Shown here in pieces: positions 1-21,715 of a DNA stretch of 64,000 nucleotides (position 1 is the first letter of the stretch; each line of letters starts with the position of its first letter). Source of the DNA: Amoebidium appalachense (taxonomy: Eukaryota > Protista > Ichthyosporea); contig CAVNZM010000013.1 in assembly GCA_963693365.1 (NCBI GenBank), positions 7,770,398-7,834,397 of the forward strand, written 5' to 3'. The position numbers were made by a program, and so were the translations under genes. The notes beneath the pieces are model-generated. The model saw only the letters and a list, made by a program, of their open reading frames with translations. It was not told the origin of the DNA and made no database searches.

Positions 1-1790
1 AAGAAAAACCTTTCCCGTGACGCCGTATCCCCTCTATCCACCCCTTACCCCCTCTGCGGGCCTTCTGTACATCATAGATATTATTTTGAGTGTGGAGGTT
101 GCCCACGGCAAGAGCTGGTACAGCTAAGAGGATAGACCTGGTTTTGTACTTAGAGCACTGGGGATCCATTGTCACCGGGCAGGAACTTGGTTTTTTTGGA
201 GAGGGAGGGGGGTAAACGGGGCCTTGCCATTGGGGTGGGAATTCGAGAGCGGGTGAGAACAGGTTGGGACGAGTGCGGGGATAAGGTGGCAAGGGGGGAG
301 GGGAGGGGGGTTAACCGGTAAAGGGAAGGTTGGAGGGACTCGCAGGAAGGTTATGATCATGAGGGGAAGCTTGCAAAAGCTAAGGGGGAAGGGGTGGGAG
401 TTGGGGAAACAGGGCAAGGGTATTGCCTCAGACTTGACGTGTGGACGGTGCAGGAAGCAGGGGGGGAACGGGGGGAGGGGGGGAGGGGAAGGGGGGGGGG
501 GGGGGGGGGGTTGTGGCAAAGGGGTTGTAGATGCAAGCACCAAGTCTCCAAGGGCGGCAGTAGTATGGGATATGATTTAACAAAATTCAATAAAATTAAA
601 TTGCAAGCAGAGTCTCAGAGAGACGGAGGTAGGAAAGAAAAAGAAAGGCAAGCAAAGGGCAACATTAGGAGGTGGCCCAGAAGGTGGTGGTGGAGGTGGT
701 GGTGGTGGTGCATGTGTGTGGGGGGGGGGGGGGGGGGGGGGAGGGGGAGGGGGGGGGGGGGGGGGGAGGAGAAGACGGTAAGGGATTGGCCCGTTTGTGT
801 ATGTGTGTGGAGACAGGAGGGAAGGGGGTTGGGATTGGGCAGGAATGTACCAAAGAGGGGGGGGGGGGGGGGGGGGGGGAGGGGCAGCCTGCTGTGCGTG
901 CGATCCTTCTATAATTATTCTGAGTAATTATGCCCAGGACTCTGTGTTGAGTTGTTTGAGCTTATGAATTTAAACTGGAGTGGTAAAGAAAACCAAGAGC
1001 GGGGGATGGGGGGGGGGGGGGGGGGGGGGGATTGGCGCCCAACCACGTTCTTGTTTTTTTTAGTATCCCGTTTCTTGTCCCCAGGAGAGCCCCCTTGGCC
1101 CATCCCTCGTGGGTACTACTGTCTTCCACCCAGCACCGACTGTGCTGAGCTAGGGTGTTGATCGGTGTGAGGAGCCAAACTGACACCCGTCATGGCAAAC
1201 CTAACTATTAGTGCACACTGAGCCCAATGTTTTTATTTCAGCCTAGCTAGTGGTGAGAAAAATGAACGCACCGATTTGAAAACCAGGACGGGATTTTATG
1301 TTGAAGAAGTTTTTCTTTTGCTAGTTTGATAACATGTTGCGTACATGAAACGTCCATGTGAGAAAAATGCGCACACCACAAAAAATGGGGAAAACAACCT
1401 ATTGAATAGTGACGAGCTTGCTTCTAGAGAAACTTTGCTTGGTTTAAGGTTGAACTGAAAGTATTATACATGGGCTGCTCACTCCTGCTTACATATAATG
1501 TTCGGTCTAAGAGACCATCAGTTTGTCTTGTCTTGAATTTTAAGCTCCCGTTTGCAGACCACAACGCTCACGTGCGAAGGGGAACACAAACACACTGGCA
1601 TTGCACATACTTCGGCTGTAGGCACAAACACATATGCACACAGGTACACACATGTGCGTACGTGCGCACTGCGCGGGCACGAACTCGAGCTCAATGTCAT
1701 GCACACGCACACGCACAGGCACACACGTGCGTGCACATACACACACAAAACACACACATCCCCGGGCGGGCACCAGCGCGCACACCGTCA

Positions 1791-1912
<122 letters not shown>

Positions 1913-1944
1913 CTCTCTCTCGCTCACAGTAGACTGTGACACAC

Positions 1945-2041
<97 letters not shown>

Positions 2042-2300
2042 CAGACAGAGACCACGCACACACATACACACCACAGCCGCGTAGGGGTGTGTTGATAAGA
2101 TGCACATTTGTCAGACTGACAATTAGTACCTTCTTGCATGTCTAGGCTTCGGGCCGAGATTGTGCTAGAAATTCAAATTTGTGCATATCTATCTATTCAA
2201 TGATGATATGATATATATATAGTATCATGTATATATATACTAGTATATCTATATACTATATATATATCAGAACCTGGGAGCTCACACCGTGTCGAGCATA

Positions 2301-2652
2301 AGGGCCCAACCACATCGGCCGAGTCAACTTGCTCCGAGCAGAATAATTCTGCTCTTGAAGAATTATTCTGCTAAATGATTCTGCTAGCGCTCGGAGCAAG
2401 CTTACTCTGCTGCCGTGAGCGAGATAATTCTGCTTTTCGCGGAATAATTCTGGTAAAAGCACACAAATTCTGCCTTTTGCACGAATAAAGTTCTGCAAAA
2501 GCAGAACGGTTCTGCTATATACAGAATGATTCTGCTTTTTGCAATATATTCAGAATGATTCTTCTTTTAGCTCTATCACTCTGCTTGAGGTAAAATAAAA
2601 TCAGAATAATTCTGCTCGGAGCAAGCTGACTCTGCCGATGTGGTTGGGCCCT
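2301..2652. mobile_element. MITE / non-autonomous DNA transposon, copy 1 (possibly PIF/Harbinger-like)
   Basis: Terminal inverted repeats of about 45 bp (agggcccaaccacatcggccgagtcaacttgctccgagcagaa ... ttctgctcggagcaagctgactctgccgatgtggttgggccct). The interior is built of gcagaa/ttctgc motifs and has no ORF. A second copy lies at 15294-15803. The superfamily call rests only on the GGGCC terminus and taa/tag flanks. Confidence 0.8.
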
Positions 2653-2755
2653 AGCCGCTGATGATACACTTCCACGTGTAGACTGCCAAGGAAAGAAAGA
2701 ATCACGCAGCGCTGCACACTTGGCACACATAGAACGGTAGGACAGTCTGGAGGAA

Positions 2756-2786
<31 letters not shown>

Positions 2787-3003
2787 TCAAAGGGGTTTCA
2801 CTGGATATGCATAATCATAAGATTCTATAGTCGGCTATGGGCAATTTTTTTTTGCAAATCAGGATTGAATTTCGGGGCCTACCCTTGCAAGGGTACGCAC
2901 TTGTTGATGATTTCACATCTAATTAACCACTGTGATATTTGACCCCCCGGCCCCCCGGCCCCCCCCCCCCCCCCCCCCCCTCCCTTCCCCCCCCCCCCCT
3001 CCT

Positions 3004-3058
<55 letters not shown>

Positions 3059-3086
3059 AAAACAACAAAAGCAATAAAAAACTTCG

Positions 3087-3137
<51 letters not shown>

Positions 3138-3183
3138 AAAAGACCCGCTAATGATTCGACACCGCGGCCAACACACCGACAGA

Positions 3184-3572
3184 ACATGCAGGCCTGCACA
3201 CACATGTATCATGCACATACATACAGTACATGCAGGCCTGCACACACATGTATCATGCACATACATACAGTACATGCAGGCCTGTGACACATGGATCATG
3301 CACATACATACAGTACATGCAGGCCTGCACACACATGTATCATGCGCATACATACAGTACATGCAGGCCTGCACACACATGTATCATGCACATACATACA
3401 GTACATGCAGGCCTGCACACACATGGATCATGCACATACATACAGTACATGCAGGCCTGCACACACATGTATCATGCGCATACATACAGTACATGCAGGC
3501 CTGCACACACATGTATCATGCACATACATACAGTACATGCAGGCCTGCACACACATGTATCATGCACATACA
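3184..3572. repeat. 44-bp minisatellite, about 9 near-identical copies
   Basis: Unit acatgcaggcctgcacacacatgtatcatgcacatacatacagt recurs at 3184, 3228, etc. It contains the palindrome tgcaggcctgca. Confidence 0.95.
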
Positions 3573-4597
3573 CACCGGCACCCACTCCCTGGCACACAAC
3601 CATGCAGACATCATATCCACAATGTGGCTCTGCGAATCCCATTCAGTTTATGTCTCACACAGGCTCGGGTAAGCCATGTACATGCATGAGCACTTGCAAA
3701 AGCACTTGCAAACCAATCATGTTTTATACATTCCATTCGGCCAGCACATGGGCACATTGAACCTTTCGAATCAATAACACGCATGCACGGACGCATAGGT
3801 AAGTGTGTACATGCCGAGAGCCGAGGACCAATGTACATCAGTCTGGCGGTAGGATATTCTATTCCAATACAGACCCAGTCTGCATAGGGACCCTTTGTGA
3901 CCAAGGGCCAACCCACATTACATATGAGGAGCAAAAATGCTCGATAGGGAGAATTGAGAGAAAAGAAACAAAATCCAATAGTGCTACATCTGAATCCACT
4001 TGCCAAGTTAAGTCGTCGTTGCCAAAGAAATAAACACAAGCTGCCGAGGAAGCAAGAAACACAAACCTTTCCAGGGAACAGGTATTACAGACCACCACCA
4101 ACCTTGCACGCTCTCCACACACCGGGCATGCTCTTTGCAATCCTTCCCATCACACGTTATTGCTGAAAACATGAAGTCTTAACCCCATTACTGTCAAACT
4201 TTCACCCTCAGGCAACCGGTGCCTCGGAAAAGTAAAAGCCATGTGGCCGAAAACCAAGCAAGAAAGGGGGGGGGGGGCAAATGAAGGAAACACAAGAAGT
4301 GGCATGACCTAAAACCCCGAAAACCATGCCCAGACCACAAAAACATTCCTCTCCATGACCAGCTCTTTAGAGCGCAAACCCGTTACCTTCACAGTGTATG
4401 TCAGTGTATTCCTTATGATATTTGCGTGTGTGTTACGTTCTCTTTAACCCAACATACTGAATAAACCAAAGCAACGGATAAGGGCCCTATCATTGCAAAG
4501 GCTACTTTTGGATCCTCAACCTCAACCAATCACTTTTGTACACCTATGAGAATGGGGCAAACGAGGCCCTATGTCTTAAAATAGCCCCAGGGGCTAA

Positions 4598-12457
<7,860 letters not shown>

Positions 12458-14138
12458 CTTTCAAGACGAGCAGAAAGCCAAAGAAAGGTGACACAAACAC
12501 ACAAAAAAAAATAAAGGGAGGTGGCGATGGGGAGAAAGAGTGCTCTTCTTGGACAGATTTTATGCTTGGACGGTAAAAATTGAATAGAACTAGCAAGGCA
12601 AATCACGACGAATATGTTCGAGAAGCTGCAAAAGCACACTGCAGAGGAGCACACGAACCCTGTCACAAACACTGTGTCTGGTACCGTGCTCGGTACTCGT
12701 TATTCACTATGCATGCCAGATTCTTAGCTATAGATCCAAAGACAGATGTCAACCGGTGTATACTACATCGAATCGCACATTAGTTGCACGAAAGAAAAAC
12801 GTGCTGTACAAGAGCCTGAAGCGGTCTCTAAAAAACCTGGGAGAATGATACTTCTAAGTGGTTAAACTTACGTTTCAGACGCGAGATGCTCATCATATAG
12901 CTTGGTAGGCGTCTAGGATGATAGTCTACTTCTTCGACGGGGTGTCTCATTAGGAACAAGCAAGGTCACGGCCTTGCAACAGCCTTCCTCCTAACACGCA
13001 GAGTTGATGTGTTCCTATGTGAACAGGGTGCCGAAACAAAGCGGATCCCTGCCCCTCAGATTCAGTAGTAGACAATCACCACCACTAAACTACCGGATAA
13101 CTAAACAAAACAGCTTAGTGATGTCCCTACCCAGTCTTAAACCCCTATACTTGAGCGAGCCACTCTGTGTTGGTTGTGGTGGTGTTGTTGGCATCAGAAC
13201 CAGTTGCTATGCTCTATCTCTGCGTACGTCTTGTGAAGGTTTAAAAGTTAACCCGAAAACAGCTTGTTTCTTCTGCTCAGGCGAGCAAACAGCTCGATTT
13301 ATGCTACAAAAAACACATCCTCGGTATTTCTTGGTGAATTTCAAAGTGAAAAATGTGCCACATGTAATAAACAGCTGAGAGGTTTCACTTCCGAAGGCTT
13401 CTGCCGGGCCAGTTCTGTTCGAATTCAGGCGGCCGGCCAGCTCAGTAGGAAGGGAGCATGCGTCAACTCATGAATAGGCCTGCGTCCAAAGCCACTTGGT
13501 AAAATATTTATATGATTGGATTAATGATTATTTTATACTTTTAGTAGTAGCATTCAAATATATCACAGCTCAACAAGGACCTACTGTTGGCTTATAATCA
13601 GCAGATGGCATAGCCTGGCATACCATTGAGGCTCTTTCGGCCGTGTGATTGGCGTATGCACGTGCCATTGTGACTGCAGATCTACCATAGAATCGTTCAC
13701 GTTTGCAAAACATAAAGATAGATGTGCAAGAGACAGTATTTGTGAGTAAAAAAGCTATGAAACATAAAATAAGTAACAGCCGCGCCTCCACTTCGAAGCC
13801 ACAGGCTAACGTTACGTGACCGATCCTCAGTTTTCGCGCCATTTTGTGATGCGATGGAATTCAAGAGCTGTTGAATCGCCGCTGAACAGGGGTTGCCTGG
13901 GTTTGGCGTTCTTAATCGTATTTAGGCAAACTCCGAGCATTTTGATACCCTTCAGGGTCGTATTGACTAATTGGATGCCTACCTTTAATCGTATTGCGGG
14001 GTTTTCTAAACCGTATTTTTGACCAATACGACTCGTAACGCAAACCCTGCCGCTGAATATTGGTTTAGGTTATCCAATAGAGAAAGGCATTTTCAAATAT
14101 TGCCTTTTATGGTGCAGCTCTAGGAGGACTTGGAACAG

Positions 14139-14250
14139 ATCTATGTACGTGATCATGATATACCGCTGAGGGGATATTCCGAGCAAACCCCCCCCCCCCC
14201 ATACCTGAGACTGGTTCTCTTTGCCTCGAGTAAACAGCGTAAACCCCCCC
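14139..14250 (+). repeat. Short dispersed repeat (family C), inverted copy of 51423-51530
   Basis: About 110 bp essentially identical to the reverse complement of 51423-51530. It consists of two segments, each ending in aaa(C)n. Confidence 0.85.
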
Positions 14251-14592
14251 CTGTGTACATGTACTGTCACAAACCGTAAGCTAATGAAAAACAAATTTAA
14301 TGCATGCATAATAGAAAATATCCATGCACTGTGCTTAGTTCTTTTCCTTTCAGCTAGAGAAGCTTGCAAATCTTTGCAATGGGCCGCCACCAAGGCCTCC
14401 TAAATAGCACACCTATTTAGGAAGCCTTGGCCGCCACGGGTACGCGTTTGAACTTCAGTGCACGGGCAGTGAGCGGTAATTGAATTCGAGGGCCTCCACT
14501 GATGTGGCCCATCATACGTATACCGTGCACCACGCTATTGTGCAAGGGCCCCAGGGCAGGCCCACTGCACAACACCACGTCATGGTCTCATG

Positions 14593-14593
<1 letters not shown>

Positions 14594-14684
<91 letters not shown>

Positions 14685-14709
14685 CACTCACACACACACA
14701 TGTACGTGG

Positions 14710-14758
<49 letters not shown>

Positions 14759-15270
14759 GACCACACACACACAACGGTGACACGCACCGTCAACACACAC
14801 ACGTGTGTACGTACGTCTACACACACACGCACAAACAGACATGTACACACACACACATACACACGCACACACGCACGCACGCACACACACACACACAAAT
14901 TGCACAACCTGACACACACACGCACGCACACACACACACATGGATGTGTACATGTGACGTCCACACACACTCTGACACGCACATGTGACGTACACACACG
15001 CTGTGGCCCGCACACTCACGTGCACACATGCACGGAAAATGAACAAAAACAAGCGCAAGTCCAGACACGCATGTGGTCACGACTCTCGCGATTAATTTTT
15101 GTCCAAGAAAGACCGTCACACACACACGCACGTTACACACACACACACACACACACGACACACATACACACACACGCACGTGCACACGCGCTCACACATA
15201 TGTACACGCACACACACAATTGTCAACAATTTCATCGCGCACACATGCCGTGACGCACGCACATACATGC
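14594..15270. repeat. Compound (CA)n microsatellite tract
   Basis: Long imperfect (CA)n run. Similar tracts lie at 1690-2070, 15804-16330 and 18460-19270 and in most introns. Confidence 0.95.
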
Positions 15271-15293
15271 AGGCTTTAAACACACAAGGAACA

Positions 15294-15803
15294 AGGGCCC
15301 AACCGCATCGGCTGAGTCAACTTGCTCCGAGCTGAATTATTCTGCAAAAAGCAGAATTATTTTGCAAACAGCAGGATTATTCTGCTAAAAGCAGAATCAT
15401 TCAGCAAAAGCAGGATTATTCTGCAAAAGCAGAATTGTTCTGCTAAAAGCAGAATCAATCTGCAAACAGCATAATCAATGTGCTAAAAGCAGAATTATTC
15501 TGCCAAACTTGAATAGTTCTGCTATAAGCAGAATCTTTCTGCTGTCGAAAGCAGATTAATTCTGCTTTTTGCGGAATAAATCTGCTGAAAGCAGAATAAT
15601 TATGCTACTACGCAGAGTGATCCTGCTTTAGCGGAATAATTCTGTTAAAAGCAGAATACTGAATTCTGCTAAGAGCAGAGTGATTCTGCTTTTGCAAAAC
15701 AATTTCTGCTTTTTAATTCTGCTTTTAGCAGAATGATTCCGCTTTTGCAGTCTGAGAATAAATCTGCTTTTGCAAGCCGGACTCTGCCGATGTGGTTGGG
15801 CCT
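15294..15803. mobile_element. MITE copy 2, with an expanded internal palindromic array
   Basis: Same TIRs as 2301-2652 (agggcccaaccgcatcggctgagtcaacttgctccgagc ... actctgccgatgtggttgggcc). The interior is a tandem array of aagcagaat(t)attctgc-type units. Confidence 0.8.
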
Positions 15804-15832
15804 TCACACACACGCACACGCACACGCACGCG

Positions 15833-15917
<85 letters not shown>

Positions 15918-17164
15918 CACACACAAACACACACACACACGTGCATACACAGGGTGCCACACATACATATTAATTTGGACACACACACAGTCACACGCAC
16001 ACAGGCCACGCTTAAGCACACACACACATGGCACACCAAACGTACACCTGTCTGTACACACACACACCGTGGCCGTGGCACTGGCACACACACCTCCCCA
16101 AATATGGTGTTCACAAATGGCTCACATACATTCGCATGTCCCAGTGCACACGGCTCACAGATCATGAACACACACACACATCGATTAATTGCAGTATTCA
16201 CAAAAAACAGTTACTCATGGCACACACGTACCCACAAACGCGCATGTACAGCACACTGTGACCCATACACTGGGTGTGGCACACATACACTGACGATACA
16301 CACAACACACGTATACACACGGCACAGGAAGCACACAAGCCAGGCTTAAGTCCAATGGCTGCCAGTGAGGGCCTAACCATGTCAACAGAATCAATTGGCT
16401 ACTAATATATTGGCTGAAATGTTGTTCTGTTAAAGGCAGAATTAATCGGCAAACGCAAAATACAAAACTAGTGTGGGGCACGGGGGGATGGGTGACTCGG
16501 AGGGGAGGGGAGGAGGGTTTCTATTTGGGGCAGGGGGGGTGGGGGGTTTCAAGTAGGAGCCGCGGGGAGGTAGTGAAGGGGGTCCCCGGAGGAGAGGACA
16601 TGGGGGGAGAGGGGGGACGGGGATGGGGAGGCACGAATGGTAGAACATGTACAGGTTGGTTCAAGCGAGATGATGACATGGGCAAGAGGGGTGGAAAGGG
16701 GAATGGGCACCCCAGGGGGAGTGGGGGGGGAGGGGGAAAGTTACTATATGGTTTAGGAGCGGAAAAGCAGGTTGGGTCATAGTACTAGACGGTTCGGAAA
16801 TACCTATAGCGTAGAGCGGACCAGGGAAGGGGGTGCAAGTGGGAAATAGGGAGATGCGACGTGAGAGTGTAGAGGAAGCAGGGGTAAAGGGGGTTTAGGG
16901 AATCAGGGATGCTAGCAAGGGTAAGCAGAAGAGGGGCAGAGGCGGGACAGAAAGAGGAGAGCAATTAAGGATTAGCAAGCGTTGGGAGAGCTCAGGGGAG
17001 GATGGAGGGGAAGGGGGGAGGGGGAGGGGGGAGGGGGGAGCTGGTAGGAGATCGGGTGTTTGTGTACGTAAGTGGCTGGGTGACCCTAATGTTTTGTGTA
17101 GAGGGGAGGGGAGGGGGGGGAGTGGGAAAGGAGAGGAGGAGAGGTGCGGGGGGAAGGGGTAAGG

Positions 17165-17198
<34 letters not shown>

Positions 17199-18459
17199 GT
17201 AAGCTATTTGACAGTGTATGAATTTCGATGCTCTGAGCAATGACGGCAAGCAAACCCGGTTCAGAGCCTTTTTTACCTTTAAATTTGAGAACATGGTAAC
17301 CATAATAGGGGGAAATTAGTGCTTCAAGCGTTGGCGTTTCTCAGTCCCTCTCTTTTCTTCTTTCCTTTTTTTTTCAATTTTAATTTTTTAAATTAATGTG
17401 TGTAAAGTATCCTCACGGACACTTCAGTGTAAAGTGTATGTGTATGAGTAAACGGGGTTCACTCTGAACTGGATTTCAGAGGATCGATGCGTGCGTTTAT
17501 ATACGGATGGTCGACCCGGACAAGATTACTTGACCAATTACACAACTCCCTAGCCGACCAATCATATTACAGATTAGTACAGGGCTAGTAATTACTGTGT
17601 GTGACTACTTGGTCTCTTGCCGGTTCTAACACTCATATATAATCTTTACTGCTGCATGACTTATGACTTACACAGCCCCGAAATATACTCCAAATAAACA
17701 GGTACCAGTACTTTTCCTGTTTGTGACTTTGGTTACCAGTTACCTTTCGGAGTGCTGTCTCTCTCACATGTGTAACTGCAGGTTTACAACGACCACTCAT
17801 TGCAGCTGGACTTTACCGGGATGCCCTCAACATGACTGGTCGAATATGAGACTCCCCAATCACTCACAACCTGCTTGTTAGTTATTCGTTCTCTATGGCC
17901 GCAGCATTTACGTGTTCCAATCAACACAGAAGAGGCCATAAGTGTCCACTCACGCGAGTCTCACTGTAGTTCGTTTCCAAGTAACCGAACATATGTAATT
18001 GTATTCGATCATCCGATTGGAAAAGCAGATATAACATTTATGATTGGCTCATTCATCAGCAAACGCCGACATCTGACTGGATGAGCCGGCACCGACGAAT
18101 TGTAAATAAAGCAAATAGATCTGAATAGATCTGAATCGATCGATTGACACGAATGCTCGCCGCGGAGACATAACAATGTGTAAAAGAACACCATGATGGG
18201 GAGGGGGGAGGGGGGGGGGGGGGGGAGGGGGGCGACGGGGGCGGGGGAGGGGGAACACATCACAAACAGAGGGCATATCGTATCACTGTGATAGAGGCGC
18301 CTTATGCTAAAACTTCGGTTTTCTTCCTTGAAAACTATTAACTCCCAGCTTCAACTCTTGATTGGTTTAAGCTGGTGGTTTATATGTTACGATCAAACTG
18401 CAAGTCCAGTACTGTAAACATTACAACCTTACACCCATATGCATACTCGTGCGCATGAG

Positions 18460-19270
<811 letters not shown>

Positions 19271-19415
19271 AGGCTTAGTCAAATTCGATTCGCTCTTAGT
19301 CAACGATTCGCTCTTATTTGTTTGAAGTTTATTTGCTACTTTTTCTATAGAGACGGTCAAAGAGTTATGCAATACGTGGCACATTGTGATGCGGCCCCCT
19401 ATAAGATCTACCTAG

Positions 19416-21715
19416 TTACGCATGTGTGTTGCCCAACTTAACAAGAATTTCTTTCAACGCCGCCTCCCGTGCCTGGCACTCCGCCAACTCCATCTTGAGT
19501 TGGCTTTCTCTTTTCTCAGCGGGGCTCATATCAACATTTTTCAGACGCACTCCCCCCTGTTTTCGAATTTGCAGATGCATGGAGTTGTATCCCTGAGGCT
19601 GGGTTCTTAGATCTGCCCAGATTGGAGCTACTTGGGGTGCCCGAGCTATTTGTTTGCAAGTAGCCGAGGGCAACCAGAATCTTGGGCATGAAGAAAACAA
19701 TGACGAAAAACGAAACAGAAAACAGGGTAGTTGCGGCCCAGAGAATATACTTCTGGGCCATGCTGTCCTTCACAAACATCATCGGCACGACAATAACTGA
19801 AACGGCGAGGTTTTGGACTGTGGCAACAAAAATAAAGCGGCTCTCCCTGAAGTTGGACGGTACCATACGGATTCTCCAACTCATGACGCAGTTGGCGACC
19901 AATTGGAAGATGATGTTCAAAACATAAAGGGCAATAAGTGTGTGGCTGCCATCGATCGACGCCTGCCATATGGGAACACTTGCAACACCCGTGTAGGAGG
20001 CTCCACCAATCACCAAGCGGATCTCATCTTGATCGACCGTAATCGGATCTACGATGGTGTAAATGATCAGCAATATGACGTAGATGAGAAAAACCACAAG
20101 GAAGGGAACGAGAAGTCGCTCGTCGGACAGTTTCCCACTCAGCTGCATTTGTTTGTGTGGTGCGGCACGGAAAATAGTGTTGATTCGGTAAAGTTTGACA
20201 CTGCATGCACTATACAATGTAGAATGCCTGAGAAATAGGAGCCACGTGCCGGAATAAAGGTGCGCATTGGTGGGTGCCAGCGTAGGCGATGTTGCTAGCG
20301 AGGATGAACAGGCAGCCCAGGAGCATCAGAAGGCTGTAGGTGACCGACGCACTGCAAATGACACAGTGGCCCCTCAAACACCACACCGCAATGCCAACTG
20401 CAAGCGTATACAAAGCAACCAATCCCGTCAAAGCGTCGATGATGATCGCTGTGATGCTATTGGCTGGCACATTTGGGCACGCAACTGTTTGTGGCGGTGG
20501 TAGTTCGACACCATTTCTGCAGAGTCCGTCCTTGTTGTTTTATTCCCTCCGCCATTTAAAGGTAACCATTTGCATGCCTGTGGATGGGTCACACGTGGCA
20601 TCCGAGACTGTGTCAATGTGGTCCCATGTGCACGTGGGCAGTAGCACGTGATTAATCGCGGCACATGCTCTTGCCGTGGCGTCAGCAGGCGTAGTAGAAT
20701 TCATCAGCACCATTTCCAGAAATATGGTACGGAATATTCTCCGGTCGTCGATCTCCTATAGGCGGTCTAGGAGGTCTTGGGTGGGGCTGTAGGGGTAGTA
20801 GGTGGGCGATGATTGGAGCGCGGCGGTACGGACTGAGTGTATGCGGGGACTTGAGAGCAACAGTGCGCTGTATGCGTGGCCGTAGGCGGGAATCTGGAAC
20901 AGCTTGAGTGATGACGTGTACATGTACGAGCGGCGGTTTGGGTCGGTCAGGTATTGTATCAGTTGCCACCCTTAAGTCTTGCTGCTATTGCTTGACCGGC
21001 CATTTATGCCCAGTGCGGAACCACCAAACACGGGGCGACCTGGTGGAACAGCGACATAGAGATCATCACGGAGTGTTTTGGCTTGATGCCCGTAAACATG
21101 AGTCCGTTAAGGGTGAAGCCAATGGTGTTGGCCTTGTCGTTGATTAAGGTGTGGCGCTTAAATGGAATGTCAGTAAGGGGATCAACCATTGGCCATTTTA
21201 AGCTTTCCATATTTGGAAGGCGGGGTCATTCGTCGGATAGTAGTTGTCTGAGAGCAACGCACGGATGCCGGGTAGAGCCCTGGTCAGGCCATTTTGAAAG
21301 AACTCATCCTGCATGGCGCATTCCATTTGCTCCGAATGTGTGGTGCTGCGCCTGAGCACGTGACCCTTTGCCGCCCTCACCAGGATGGTGATGATGTTCA
21401 TCTCCTCGTGCTCACCAGGGTCCACAACCAACATAACCCTTTCTGGAGTTTTCGTTAGGTGCAAGTCGCTCCGTGTAGTTTAGCAGTGCATCCCACCAGT
21501 CGAGCTCAGGACATTATTGATGGATGTCACAACACGTGCCGGGCGCAGCGGCACCTTGTTTCCATTCTTCTCGAACAGCGTGACTGTGGGCATACTGTCT
21601 GGACCTGTGCAGCCGTAAGTGTCGGCGAGATGGGTGGCAACATCGGTCCATCGCCGTGAGCAATCCACGCCCCCCTGCTCTGCGGCGTGGTCAAAGTCAT
21701 AAAGTTCCTAAGCCG
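19416..21715 (-). pseudogene. Intronless, disrupted class C (7tm_3-like) GPCR with an N-terminal periplasmic solute-binding-protein-like domain
   Basis: Pieced frames give PELDWWDALLNYTERL, DDLYVAVPPGRPVFGGSALGINAG and WQLIQYLTDP (SBP family 1-like). These are followed by a Cys-rich linker (CAAINHVLLPTCTW...TCDP...LCRNGVELPPPQTVAC) and 7TM motifs (TWLLFL...VKLYRINTIF; WRIRMVPSNFRESRFIF; FFMPKI), ending in a coiled-coil-like tail (ELAECQAREAALKEIL). There are in-frame stops at 20756-20758 (TAG) and 20540-20542 (TAA), plus frameshifts near 20260, 19560 and within 21000-21500. Confidence 0.8.

Noticed and set aside
49-169. Possible minus-strand exon MDPQCSKYKTRSILLAVPALAVG... with a GTAAG donor
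   Set aside because: It is short, has no recognisable motif, and its continuation lies outside the window.
1060-1200. HDV-like ribozyme around ccatccctcgtgg
   Set aside because: A P3/L3-like hairpin is present, but P1.1 GG and P2 could not be built.
12780-13720. Candidate 5' exons of the TBC gene (for example ATG at 12896, or MARAYANHTAERASM near 13620-13670)
   Set aside because: I could not chain them in phase with confidence.
16470-17200. G-rich stretch as a degraded retroelement ORF
   Set aside because: No RT or endonuclease motif was found in the frames I examined.
20540-20758. In-frame TAA/TAG as evidence of stop-to-Gln reassignment
   Set aside because: The same locus also has frameshifts, and the TBC and P4-ATPase genes appear to end normally at TAA. 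C-to-T decay of a pseudogene is the simpler explanation.
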